Positions 1 through 13,000 of a DNA stretch of 64,000 nt are shown here, piece after piece. The stretch's first letter is position 1. Each line of letters starts with the position of its first letter. The DNA is from Antedon mediterranea (taxonomy: Eukaryota; Animalia; Echinodermata). The translations under genes were made by a program, and so were the position numbers. A model generated the notes under the pieces. It was not told the DNA's origin. It was given only the letters and a program-made list of their open reading frames with translations, and did not search any database. Location of the stretch: assembly GCF_964355755.1 (NCBI RefSeq), contig NC_092674.1, forward strand, positions 434,001 through 498,000, given 5' to 3'.

Positions 1-44
1 TAAATATTTTACAATCTTTTTTTTTAAATAAGTAGAATTTTTAC

Positions 45-818
45 GATATTACATTCTTGACACCCCTCCTTTGAGCTGCTGCATAATTCCAAACAACTGT
101 TTATTTGATAATAGTGATATTACATTCTTGACACCCCTCCTTTGAGCTGCTGCATAATTCCAAACTGTTTATTTGATAATAGTGATATTACATTCTTGAC
201 ACCCCTCCTTTGAGCTGCTGCATAATTCCTAACAACTGTTTATTTGATAATAGTGATATTACATTCTTGACACCCCTCCTTTGAGCTGCTGCATAATTCC
301 TAACAACTGTTTATTTGATAATAGTGATATTACATTCTTGACACCCCTCCTTTGAGCTGCTGCATAATTCCAAACAACTGTTTATTTGATAATAGTGATA
401 TTACATTCTTGACACCCCTCCTTTGAGCTGCTGCATAATTCCTAACAACTGTTTATTTGATAATAGTGATATTACATTCTTGACACCCCTCCTTTGAGCT
501 GCTGCATAATTCCAAACAACTGTTTATTTGATAATAGTGATATTACATTCTTGACACCCCTCCTTTGAGCTGCTGCATAATTCCTAACAACTGTTTATTT
601 GATAATAGTGATATTACATTCTTGACACCCCTCCTTTGAGCTGCTGCATAATTCCAAACAACTGTTTATTTGATAATAGTGATATTACATTCTTGACACC
701 CCTCCTTTGAGCTGCTGCATAATTCCAAACAACTGTTTATTTGATAATAGTGATATTACATTCTTGACACCCCTCCTTTGAGCTGCTGCATAATTCCAAA
801 CTGTTTATTTGATAATAG
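45..818. repeat. Intronic minisatellite, 71-bp unit, ~11 copies
   Basis: Unit gatattacattcttgacacccctcctttgagctgctgcataattcc(a/t)aacaactgtttatttgataatagt; two copies have a 3-bp deletion. Confidence 0.97.
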
Positions 819-1017
819 ATTTTAAAAATTTATATTTCAGTTGTGCTCCCAAAAAACTGTTGTTATTTTGCATTTTGCCTATAAAAGTTATTTTAAATTT
901 GTCCCATTTATGCAGCCAAAAATGAATTAATTTGCTCACAACAAAGAAGAAATAGACAACATTAAATTGTTTATTCAAATTGTTTTCATTTTTGTTTATA
1001 ATATTATTAATTTAAAG

Positions 1018-4000
1018 GTTGGAGATGTGAGGTTGAAATGTTTAGTCGGACTTCAGAATCTCTACCTCGTAAGTGACTTGGCTTTAAAACTTGAACTCTT
1101 CACAAATCGGTTCAAAGACAGAATTGTGGCCATGACACTTGATAAGGAAACTGATGTTGCTGTACAGGCCATCAAGGTTGTCACTCTCATCTTAAAGTAA
1201 GTAACAATACTCAGATTTAAGTAAAGATTTGACACATGATTATGTAATGAGCAGCTAAACATGAATGTCCAATATTAAGTCTTTAAAGATATATTGTCCC
1301 CCTAACATTTTTTTTTTTTACATTTTTTGTTAACTATGCCATTTAAATGTCACATAATAGTTATTCACTTTCACCAAAAAAATGGATTGGAAGAAAAATT
1401 ATTTACCTAAAAAAATGTAATTTAAAGCAAAAAATACTAAAATTGTCTGTCAGACAATGGTTTTTGGTTAAAATTAACCTTTTTTGTTGTCTTACTGCAA
1501 TTGCCTATTTAAAGTATGATTTTATTAATCTTCATTTTTCATGAGGACAATACATCTTTAAGTATTAAGTCATTTCTTAACTAAAACTATAAATTTTAAT
1601 ATTTTTTTAATGTAGGTTTAATGAGGATATCTTATCGGCTGAAGATTGTGAAAATGTTTATCAACTTGTGTACTCAGCAAGTAGAGCTGTAGCACAGGCT
1701 GCAGGAGAGTTTCTCAATGAAAGACTGTTCAAGCGAGATGATACAGAGACAGGAAAATCCAAAAGGGCTGCTAGTAAAAGGCGTAGCGCCAATGCACCAC
1801 TTATCAAGGATCTTGTCCAGTTCTTTATAGAGAGTGAGGTAAGTTCTTGTAATACAGAAGGTCTCATAGTTTAGAGACGAATAAGATTGTTAAAATGAAG
1901 TAGCATTGTTGATATGTTATTGGGCGAGAGTTTAATAGAGTCTTATCAGATAAGGACTATAAACTGTAGGTTCAATGTACACATCTAGCTCATGTGCACT
2001 TTAAAGAACCTACTACATCTTTGGAGATGAGTAGGGGGTTATCCCAGTCTACTAGCTCACACGAGCCACTCTTGTGGACAGACAATCTCTAATTGGCAGC
2101 ACTGACATGACGTGACCCTTGAGGAGAAGTATGTAGTCATCTAAGTCAAAAATACCATGAGCAGTGATCACTGAAATGGTACTATATGAATTATTATTAT
2201 ATATTAATAATCAGTTTTCACACTTTCCGTAGCTTCATGAGCATGCTGCATACCTTGTAGATGCATTATGGGAAGTGAATGAGATGGTGAAAGATTGGGA
2301 TTGTATGACTGAGCTACTTCTAGAGGAACCAGGACGAGGGGAGGAACGTAAGTACACATCTTGATTGTCCTATTTTGTAAGCTTAACCCGACTCGCACTT
2401 TATTGGCAAGATTGATCAAGGTCAACATATAAAGCTCTGTCTACACTATCAAACTCTATGTGACAAAAAATGTGCTGTGCACATGATATGTCATATTTAA
2501 GCATATCACTACCATATTTGGGCACATCACACTTTTTGGTTTTTGTTTATCTCATTAACATAGGAAACAAATTAAAGGTTACAGTAAAATAAATTATTTT
2601 TTACAGCACTTGATGATCGCCAAGAAACAGCGCTGATAGAAATCATGGTTTGCGCTGTCCGACAAGCGGCTCAGGGTCATGCGCCCGTAGGTCGGGGGTC
2701 ATCCAAGAAGATTTTGTCAGCAAAAGAGAAGAAAGCTGTGCAAGACGACAAGATGAAGTTATCAGAGCATTTCATTGTCAAATTGCCCGATCTTCTTTCA
2801 AAAGTATGTTGCATCTTTTTTCTTGAGTCACGTTTACACTTACTTAGTCTGGCACATACCCGAACCTATATGATTAGATTCCTCCATAACTTGCTATCTG
2901 CCATTGTGACAACCAGTTCATCTCTCTGCATACCACCAGTATCCGTCTCTTGTTTTGCAAGCCCATGTTTTGACTGCAATGATTTCTTCTGTGAAGACAG
3001 TGTCCAGCAAATGTCAGTCTTCTTATTGTTTCTGTTTTATTTGTTCATTTACACAGTGCACAGAATATATGAGAACTGTAATCATATTCTATAATCATAA
3101 TCAATATATATATAAATCAATGATGTTGCGTAGCACTGTGTAAATTATATATAAATCATGTAAATTATAGAAACAGTGCTCATATTCGAAACATGATCTC
3201 ATAATCGCGTCGAGCATAGCTCATAGGCGAAAGTTCCGTATTTTTTAGTTGTATGAAAAAACCGTTGCGAATTAAAGTTGGAATTTATTCTGACTTGTTA
3301 AGCCTCCACTGATTGTGAGGCCGTTTGTTGTATGAGAGAATGTATCTGGTGGGTGAAAATCTGTGATAATACCATACATGGCTCTGTGGTCTAGTGGTAT
3401 GATACTCGCCCTGTAAGCGAGAGGTTGCAGGTTCGAATCCCGCCAGAGACATTTTTTCATACAACTAAAAAATACGGAACTTTCGCCAATGAGCTATGCT
3501 CGACGCGATAATAAGATCATGTTCCGAATATGAGCACTGTTTCTATAATTTACATGATTTATATATAAAACAGTGCTCATATTCATATCCAATCGAGTTT
3601 GAACACTACCATGAAAGCCCCAGTGGTCTAATGGTTAGGGCAACTGCATATCAAGCAGACGGTCCGAGTTCAAGTCTCGGTTGGGGCGACTTTTTCTCAT
3701 TCTCACAGATTTTCCTCATCTTTATCGTTTCAAATTAATTAATTAAATTTCAGTATATCACCGGGCGGTTTAGAATTAATGTTCTTTGCCTACTGTGTTT
3801 ATATATATATATATAAATCCAAAGGCAAATTACTGAAAAAATGACAATGCTGTGGGTATCAGTGGCTGGATCTCAATGGAGATACAAAAAAAAAGCAAAA
3901 AGCTAAATCAAAACGATAAAGTAAACAGCCAGAAAAGTTAGCAGAGCTTTCGGGCAACACTAGCCCTTCATCAGTGCAAGTCATATGTGTTTATATATAT

Positions 4001-7000
4001 AAAAGTATCTCTTCGGAGATCCCGCCTCGTGAATAAAAATACTGAAAGATGAGGGCGTATCAATTTGATCTCTGTTGCGCGTGCGTACAACTGAGGACTA
4101 GTGCTGTTCCGCCGTACCACCCGAGAATGTTAAAGAGTCGCTATCCAATCAAGTTTGAACAACCATGAAAGCCCCAGTGGTGTAATGGTTAGGACATCTG
4201 CATATCAAGCAGGCGGTCCGAGTTCGAGTCTCGGTTGGGGCGACTTTTTCTCATTCTCACAGATTTCCTCATCTTCATTGTTCAAATTAATTAATTAAAT
4301 TTCAGTATATCACCGGGCGGTTTCGAATTAATGTTCTTTGCCTACTGTGGTTATATATATATATATATATTATCAAAATATACTGTATAATGATAGCACT
4401 AAAATGATTAATATATTCTTCTTCTTCTCTTGTAGTATGGTATAGATTCCGACAAAGTAGCAAACCTACTGGAGATCCCACAACACTTTGATGTTGAGAT
4501 CTATACAACAAGTAGACTGGAAAAACACTTGGATTCACTCCTACGACAGATGAGAGATATAGTGGAGAAGCATACAGAAACTGAAGTATGTCAATTAATA
4601 TGTGTTCAAAAACAACCTGAGGGGTAGCATCATATGTATAGTAACGGAAGAATGAGATAAACACACGTATATAGTCAATGCAGCATATACAATTTCTTTT
4701 TCATGCACAATTTTGCACACATGACCACCCACTTAATGTCTTACCTGAAAGATACAGTAACAATTTTGCTCAAGTTCTTTTTTGTCTTATGTGGGTTCGT
4801 CCCGCTTTTATTTCATCATCTTTAAAAATATTTAAATACATTGCACATAATAAATAAGATCAACAAATATAAGTCATATTGTATAGTGCCATACAATAGA
4901 ACTAACATATAAGTCATATTGTATAGTGCCATACAATAGAGCTAACATATAAGTCATATTTTATAGTGCCATACAATAGAACTAACATATAAGTCATATT
5001 GTATAGTGCCATACAATAGAACTAACATATAAGTCATATTGTATAGTGCCATACAATAGAAGTAACATATAAGTCATATTGTATAGTGCCATACAATAGA
5101 ACTAACATATTTTTCAACCTATTTTTTGGTACAATTTTTGTAATCTTTAGTTATTTATTTTTCAAATTACCAACATTAGATTATGTTATTACCAACTTAT
5201 TGCAGGTTCTTGATGCTTGTTCTAAGACATATGAGAGCTTGCTTTGTGACCAGTACAACACCACACCTAAGGTTGAGGTCGCTAGAACAACGCTGTTTGA
5301 TAGTCTGGCAGAAAGACTTACCAGAAGCTATGAGAGTTTTGAAGCAGTAAGTGTTTTGAATTTATTTAAGTAATTAGGATTAATGAACCCCTAAGTGCAA
5401 AAAATACTTTATTATTTTAATATGTTATGTAATGTATGTAAGAAATTGTCTTATTTGTTTATGTACTTTCCGTTTTATGCGTAAAGGGTAGCCATAAAAC
5501 GACTTTTGCTTTTTTATTCCCCCCCCCCCCCCCCACCCTTTTTTTTATATTTATTTTAACCATTTATCTCATCAAATAATCTTTGCAATTTGGAAAATAA
5601 ATTGAATCTTGAATATACTAAATTGGATGAGGTGAATTGAGTAATTTACTTTCACTTACAGTAACATTATCATTATGATTCATGTGTATTTTTTTTAGAC
5701 TGACGAACCACATGATAATGTTATCTATGCTTTGTCATCAAGTCTGAAAAGAATTACAACGTTTTATAGGTAACATTATTTACTAATTTGTGAATTTTTT
5801 TAATTTAAGCACTAAGTATTGTAGCTAATGAATGCTTGGTGTAAAATCATCCAGGGTTGTGGCATTACTGTAGTATCACTAATTAGACCTTTAAAATCAT
5901 CCAGGGTTGTGGCATTACTGTAGTATCACTAATTAGACCTTTAAAATCATCCAGGGTTGTGGCATTACTGTAGTATCACTAATTAGACCTTTAAAATCAT
6001 CCAGGGTTGTGGCATTACTGTAGTATCACTAATTAGACCTTTAAAATCATCCAGGGTTGTGGCATTACTGTAGTATCACTAATTAGACCTTTAAAATCAT
6101 CCAGGGTTGTGGCATTACTGTAGTATCACTAATTAGACCTTTAAAATCATCCAGGGTTGTGGTATTACTGTAGTATCACTAATTAGACCTTTAAAATCAT
6201 CCAGGGTTGTGGCATTACTGTAGTATCACTAATTAGACCTTTAAAATCATCCAGGGTTGTGGTATTACTGTAGTATCACTAATTAGACCTTTAAAATCAT
6301 CCAGGGTTGTGGTATTACTGTAGTATCACTAATTAGACCTTTAAAATCATCCAGGGTTGTGGCATTACTGTAGTATCACTAATTAGACCTTTAAAATCAT
6401 CCAGGGTTGTGGCATTACTGTAGTATCACTAATTAGACCTAAAATCATCCAGGGTTGTGGCATTACTGTAGTATCACTAATTAGACCTTTAAAATCATCC
6501 AGGGTTGTGGCATTACTGTAGTATCACTAATTAGACCTTTAAAATCATCCAGGGTTGTGGCATTACTGTAGTATCACTAATTAGACCTTTAAAATCATCC
6601 AGGGTTGTGGCATTACTGTAGTATCACTAATTAGACCTTTAGAATCATCCAGGGTTGTGGCATTACTGTAGTATCACTAATTAGACCTTTAAAATCATCC
6701 AGGGTTGTGGCATTACTGTAGTATCACTAATTAGACCTTTAAAATCATCCAGGGTTGTGGCATTACTGTAGTATCACTAGTCATAGACCTTTAAAATCAT
6801 CCAGGGTTGTGGCATTACTGTAGTATCACTAATTAGACCTTTAAAATCATCCAGGGTTGTGGTATTACTGTAGTATCACTAATTAGACCTTTAAAATCAT
6901 CCAGGGTTGTGGCATTACTGTAGTATCACTAATTAGACCTTTAAAATCATCCAAGGTTGTGGCATTACTGTAGTATCACTAATTAGACCTTTAAAATCAT

Positions 7001-10000
7001 CCAGGGTTGTGGCATTACTGTAGTATCACTAATTAGACCTTTAAAATCATCCAGGGTTGTGGCATTACTGTAGTATCACTAATTAGACCTTTATTGTATT
7101 TTAATTTACTTTCTAAAGTTGTTTTACTTCTAATAATGTAATTGTAATAATTTAATGTTTTTTATACATGTACGTACTGCGCCTATGGACAATCATTGAT
7201 TGGATATATGCTGCTTTATAAATGCTTTTATTATTATTGTAATAATAATTATTTTCGTCTTTGAAGCACTGTTCGTGTACAAGGATAGAAATAAATCAAA
7301 TAATTTTAGAAATTAAAATCCCAATTCCATTTTGTTTGTAGTTCTTATATTATTTTTTTGTATTTGTGTTTAGCTGTCATGACCTCACCGGGTGGAATTT
7401 GTATGAGATGATATTTTTACTGATCAAGCAAGCTCCTAAACGTGGTGACGTACCTGAAGACATTTATGCCTCATCCATTGCGTGTGCACATTATGCTATA
7501 ATGTGGTATGTTAATAAGCTAGAAGACAAGAACCCCGACCAAGTAAGTCCAACATATTTAGTGTGAACTTAATTAATTTTTACATTGTTTCAAGATATGG
7601 AACTACTACAATATATAATATCGTTATTGTCCTAGCTTTCATGCAGGAAGACCACTCATTATTTTTATGTGAATTGTTCCTTTTTATTGTTTGAATGTTT
7701 GCCTGGCGAAATCAAATGGTGATATCAAGTTTACGGTACATCACATATATTTAGTTCTAAGAGAAACTCAACTGTTCTTTTCAACAATTGTTCCTTTATA
7801 TTGTGCTTAATGTATGACAGATGATAAAATCATAATATTTATGATTTTTTTCAGGATGAGATCAACCGACTCAAGAAGCGGGTTACTGAACTGATACACT
7901 TCTGCGCTATTCTTCTTATTGATCGAAATGAGACCATTAAACAGGAGGCTTTCACCACCATTGGTGACCTTCTGGTTGTATTTAGTAAGCAGCTAGGCTC
8001 TGATCTAACTTATAGCTCATTGATCTATGTGGCCAATGAAAACCTTCAACTTAGGATTGCAGATTTCATACAGGAAGAGGTATTTGTAGAAGAAGATGAT
8101 GATGGTAAGCTCTTAAGCATTGTCAACACTATGTGATGTACCCATATATGGACATGATGATGTCATATTGCTACCATATTTGGGAATATCACTACCATAT
8201 TTGGCACATTACTTTTTTTGTCAAACTAGTTTGATAGTGTAGACAGAGCTTAAGATATACAAATTTATTTATTTACTTTAACAACATTAAAAACATCACA
8301 TGAGTGTGCAAGGGAGTGGCAAGAGGTCGGAGGTCACCATACACAAACACTAAAGCATACTAACAAAAACATGAATCAATATATATATAATTTTAAAATT
8401 TTACCCCACAATATCTATGCTATTTTTACATGTGGATTGATGGTTGTAATCTGAATTTGTATTTTACCTGTTGTATTGTTTATGTTTCAAACTTTAAAGT
8501 GGCGGAAATTATCGCTGTTGGTTTTTTTATTTATTTCCACAAGATTTTATGAAGGTATAAAACATGTAACAATAAAATTAAAATAAATATAATGAATAAA
8601 ATATTACTTTCAGATGATGATGACGAAGGTGATGATTCACACAAGATTGAAGTTCTTCATAAACGTAGAAACCTTCTGGCTTCATTCTGTAAACTCATCG
8701 TGTTCAATATCATTGACATGCGAAATGCTGCTGGCATATTTAAACACTACATGAAGGTGTGTACTGTATTGTTTTATATAAACGTAGAAACCTTCTGGCT
8801 TCATTCTGTAAACTCATCGTGTTCAATATCATTGACATGCGAAATGCTGCTGGCATATTTAAACACTATATGAAGATGTGTTGCATCAGTATTGTTTTTA
8901 TTCTCACTCAGACCTTCGGCTAAAGACCCTCTTTTTTACAGAATTTCATTTAGCTTTTAACTTCATAAAACATTCTCAGTTTTTTTAATAGCTCTTTTAA
9001 AAAAGAAAATGTTATTTGCTTATGTATTATGTAAGATGTAATGAAGTGTTTTATATCTAATTTCAGTATTATAATGATTATGGTGACATCATTAAATTAA
9101 CATTGGCCAAATCAAGAGAAATCAACAAAATAAGCTGTGCAAAAACACTAGGACTTAGTCTCAGTCAGGTAATATTTATTTGTTATTGTCTGTTTAAACA
9201 CTAATATGTACCATGAATATTCAAACTATTTACTGTACTATTTTTTTACAAAGTTTTGTTTTTCCTATTTAATTTGATATTAATTATTTATCAGTTATTT
9301 CTTGAAATGAGAGAAATGGAATACGGTCAGGAAGGTAAAGCTGTAAACCAGATGAATGCTATCAAAGAACTGGCACGAAGATTCTCTCTCACATTTGGAC
9401 TTGATCAGATCAAGACAAGAGATGCTGTAGCGGCCTTGCACAAGTAAGTATCAACTCATTAAGTTACTTAGTTAAGTTCCAGTATTTGATTATTTGAAGA
9501 GTCTCTCTACAGGTAACTTTATCGTTTTTGCCAAAATCAATCAGATTCATCACCATCAATATTTGACTATCTGAAATTTTGTTTGCTTTTTTTTATAGAG
9601 AGGGTATAATGTTCAGTTTAACTCCTCTAGAGGACCGCCAAAATCCAGGAGGACCACCCCCTAATATTGGATACCTGGACGTTCTCAGTGAATTTACAAC
9701 CAAGCTTATGAAGCTGGATAAAAAGACGGTGTATGTATAGTAACATCTTGTTTTTATTCAATTTACTATTATTACAAAATATTAGAAACAGTGGATCTTA
9801 AAGTTTATTTATTTCATTATTTCGGCAGACTGGTCTACCTTGACCGCCAGCTCCGTCCAGAAATGTTAGAAAACACAGGTGATGAATGGTCAGCATTGAG
9901 AGCATACCGAAATAGCTTGATGCAGGGTGGGGATACTAGTTCTGATGTAAGTCGTCCACCACGCCCTCCTAAGCGCCCAAAACCTGGTATCAAAAGAAAG

Positions 10001-13000
10001 ATGGCGTTGTCTGGTGGTAAGTCTTGTTAATTTGCTGTCTTTAAATAAGTCAAAGTTGATTTTGTTACAAATGCACTACACACATCTCACTTAAGAACTC
10101 ATTCCTATAACCTTTGTTAATTTGCTGTTAGTGGTCACTTAGTGTAACAACTTATGTTTTTAGTGACTGATGATGCGGAAAGTCGATGGGTTTCAAAAGA
10201 GGACCAGCCTCATGCAACACGTAGTGGATGGAAGCGCAGGAGAACAACAGATGAGGACATTAGTCAAGGGTAAGCATAACATTTATAATAATTGAACACG
10301 AGTTGATGAAACTAATAGAAAGATAAAAGGTAGAGATAAAGGTCCCATATTCAATTCTGAACATAGGGTAATGAGCTCATATTACTAAGGCTCAGAATTA
10401 TGTGGTAGGGTGGCCAGTTCTTGTCCACGCTGCCTTAGTATTTTTTTAAAAGAGCAATGAATTCAGATTCAATTTTGCCAATTAAAATGGAAATAATATG
10501 AGTACATTTTTTAAATTGTAAAATGTATATTAATAAAATTATTACTACTGTCTATTGTACAATATTTATATTCTTTAAACCAATCAATATATTAAAAACA
10601 GACATGAATAAAGGGATAAAAGCAACATGTAAGAACATCAAAAATACGATAAACATTACTTTATACAGGATCTAATAATAGTGTACATTATATATACTGT
10701 ATTGTAAAACAGGACTAGCATGAGTGATGAAGCCACAACCAACTCCTCATCTCAATTGTCATGGATTAGACCTAAAAAGACACAAGTGAAAGCTAGACTT
10801 AGCTATAGTACTAGGACCAGTAGCAGCTTTGGGTACTTAGTGGTTAAATGTTACTTTAACAATGTTTTCTCTTTAGCTAGACATAGCTATAGTACTAGGA
10901 CCAGTAGCAGCTTTGGGTACTTAGTGGTTAAATGTTACTTTAACAATGTTTTCTCTTTTGTATTTTCCAATAATTTGTTATGGAACATTTTTTTTCAACA
11001 GTTGAATTTGTTGGTTGTTTACATTTAATATTCTGTTACAATAAATTGTTTTAGTTTAATCCTTTTTAAGTTTACAACATTTTGTTTACATTTAATTGTA
11101 CAACTTACCTGTTTGCATTCTGCATCATAAAACTCCGATAAGTCCATTTTATGTGAGTGAGTGTTTTTTGTTGATTTTGTCTAGATTTGGAAGTTTTTTA
11201 GGTTTGGATTGCAGATTAGTTTTCCACAACCACCTTGAGTACTTTGATGCATATTTGCGCTTAACAAATATTATTATTATTATCTAGCTGTTATCAGAAT
11301 GTTGTTGTCTTCTTGCACAATACAGTACTCCAGATATTTCTTTTAATTCTTCAGTTTTATTGTTAACCAATATTTATAAAACATTTATTTATCATTGTTT
11401 GATTGGTTAAGTTGTGTTTTTACTAATTTAATTTATTAATAACTGTTTTTGAAACCTAATATTCTTATTTTTCTTTGGATAAGTTTCTAAATTGACTGTA
11501 TGTTATATTTGCAGAAAACAACAACATCAACAAGAAGAAGAGAGTGAGGAAGAAAGTAATGATGAAGAGGAAGAATTCCAAGAAGGTCAAGCCATCCGAG
11601 TATTGGTTAGTGGTCACATATATTAATGAATTTCTAATACTGTAATCATTATATACTTTAGTTACTGAGTACTGTAGATATTAAATAAATCACAAAGTCC
11701 TGGGTTTAAGTCCTGTCATGTCAGAATTTTTTCTAATGACAAATTACAACTCTACTTCCAAAGACTTGTAATAAGACTTCGTTTATGTAGAGCATCTTGT
11801 GTATATGTTTGTTTTGTGAACAGGATTGTCACCTTTAAGAAGGATAGTGAATGAATTCGCTCATTGTTATCCTTGGCAATTTGCTTAAATATATATAAAA
11901 AAAAAATAATAACAAATATTGATTGATAATTAGAATTGGTTTTCCAATCCTCAGAGTGTTAAATACTGACCTAGTGCTGTTAAAATTCCAAAATAACTTA
12001 AAAACAAACATAATGGCACTATTTGTTAACTTGATAGTTGCTTTTAGATAGCAATTTATAATAATCTTTTCAACAGGCACCACAAGCTAGAAGCACACCA
12101 AAATCTCCAGTTGTTGTTAGTAGCCATTATAAGTATTCCAAATGCAGGAGCCAGAGTAGATCAGGCCAGGTAGACCCTGTTAGCCTGTCTGACTTTGCCC
12201 AAGTAATTGAGGCTAGAGACAGCCAGGCTATAGCAGATAGGCTCAATAAGTTTAGAATAGATGAACACAGTCAGGCTAGTAGTAGTGGTTCCAGAAGCAC
12301 AGACTCAGATTTCCAGCCTTTGCAGAAACGTATCAAACATACATCAAGGCAACTTAGGGGAAATCTTAGAAGAAGTAAAAGAAGCATTCTGCCTGAGGCT
12401 TTCCCGGAGGATACACCATTTATTGAAGAAGATACTGACCCCAGTCAGTAGTCAGGTAGCTAGGAGGATAGCTATAATTATGTTATTACTAACAATGTTT
12501 TATTAGCTAGGAGGATAGCTATAATTATGTTATTACTAACAATGTTTTATTAGCTAGGAGGATAGCTATAATTATGTTATTACTAACAATGTTTTATTAG
12601 CTAGGAGGATAGCTATAATTATGTTATATACTGACAATGTTTTATTAGCTAGGAAGATAGCTATAATTATGTTATTACTAACAATGTTTTATTAGCTAGG
12701 AAGATAGCTATAATTATGTTATTACTAACAATGTTTTACCAAAATTATATTTTGTGTTGGTTGGATTAGGAACTGTTGTTGGTTTTTTTTTTGCTATATG
12801 AAATGTGACATTATTGATAAATTACTAACTGTATCCTTTTATTAACAATATTAAGAGATTTGATTTATAGTTGTTATATAGTTGTTATGTTACACATGCA
12901 ATACCTTTTCACAATAATACCATGATCAAGTATAATCCTACTCCAGACCCAATTCAAATCCATTTTTAATTCAATCACACTGAATTTTGTACCTAGGCCC

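Noticed and set aside
45-7092. Regular arrays resembling CRISPR
   Set aside because: Head-to-tail units with no unique spacers, in eukaryotic introns, and no cas genes.
10164-10190. ctgatga...gaaagtc resembling a hammerhead core
   Set aside because: No stem II can form and it lies in a STAG coding exon.
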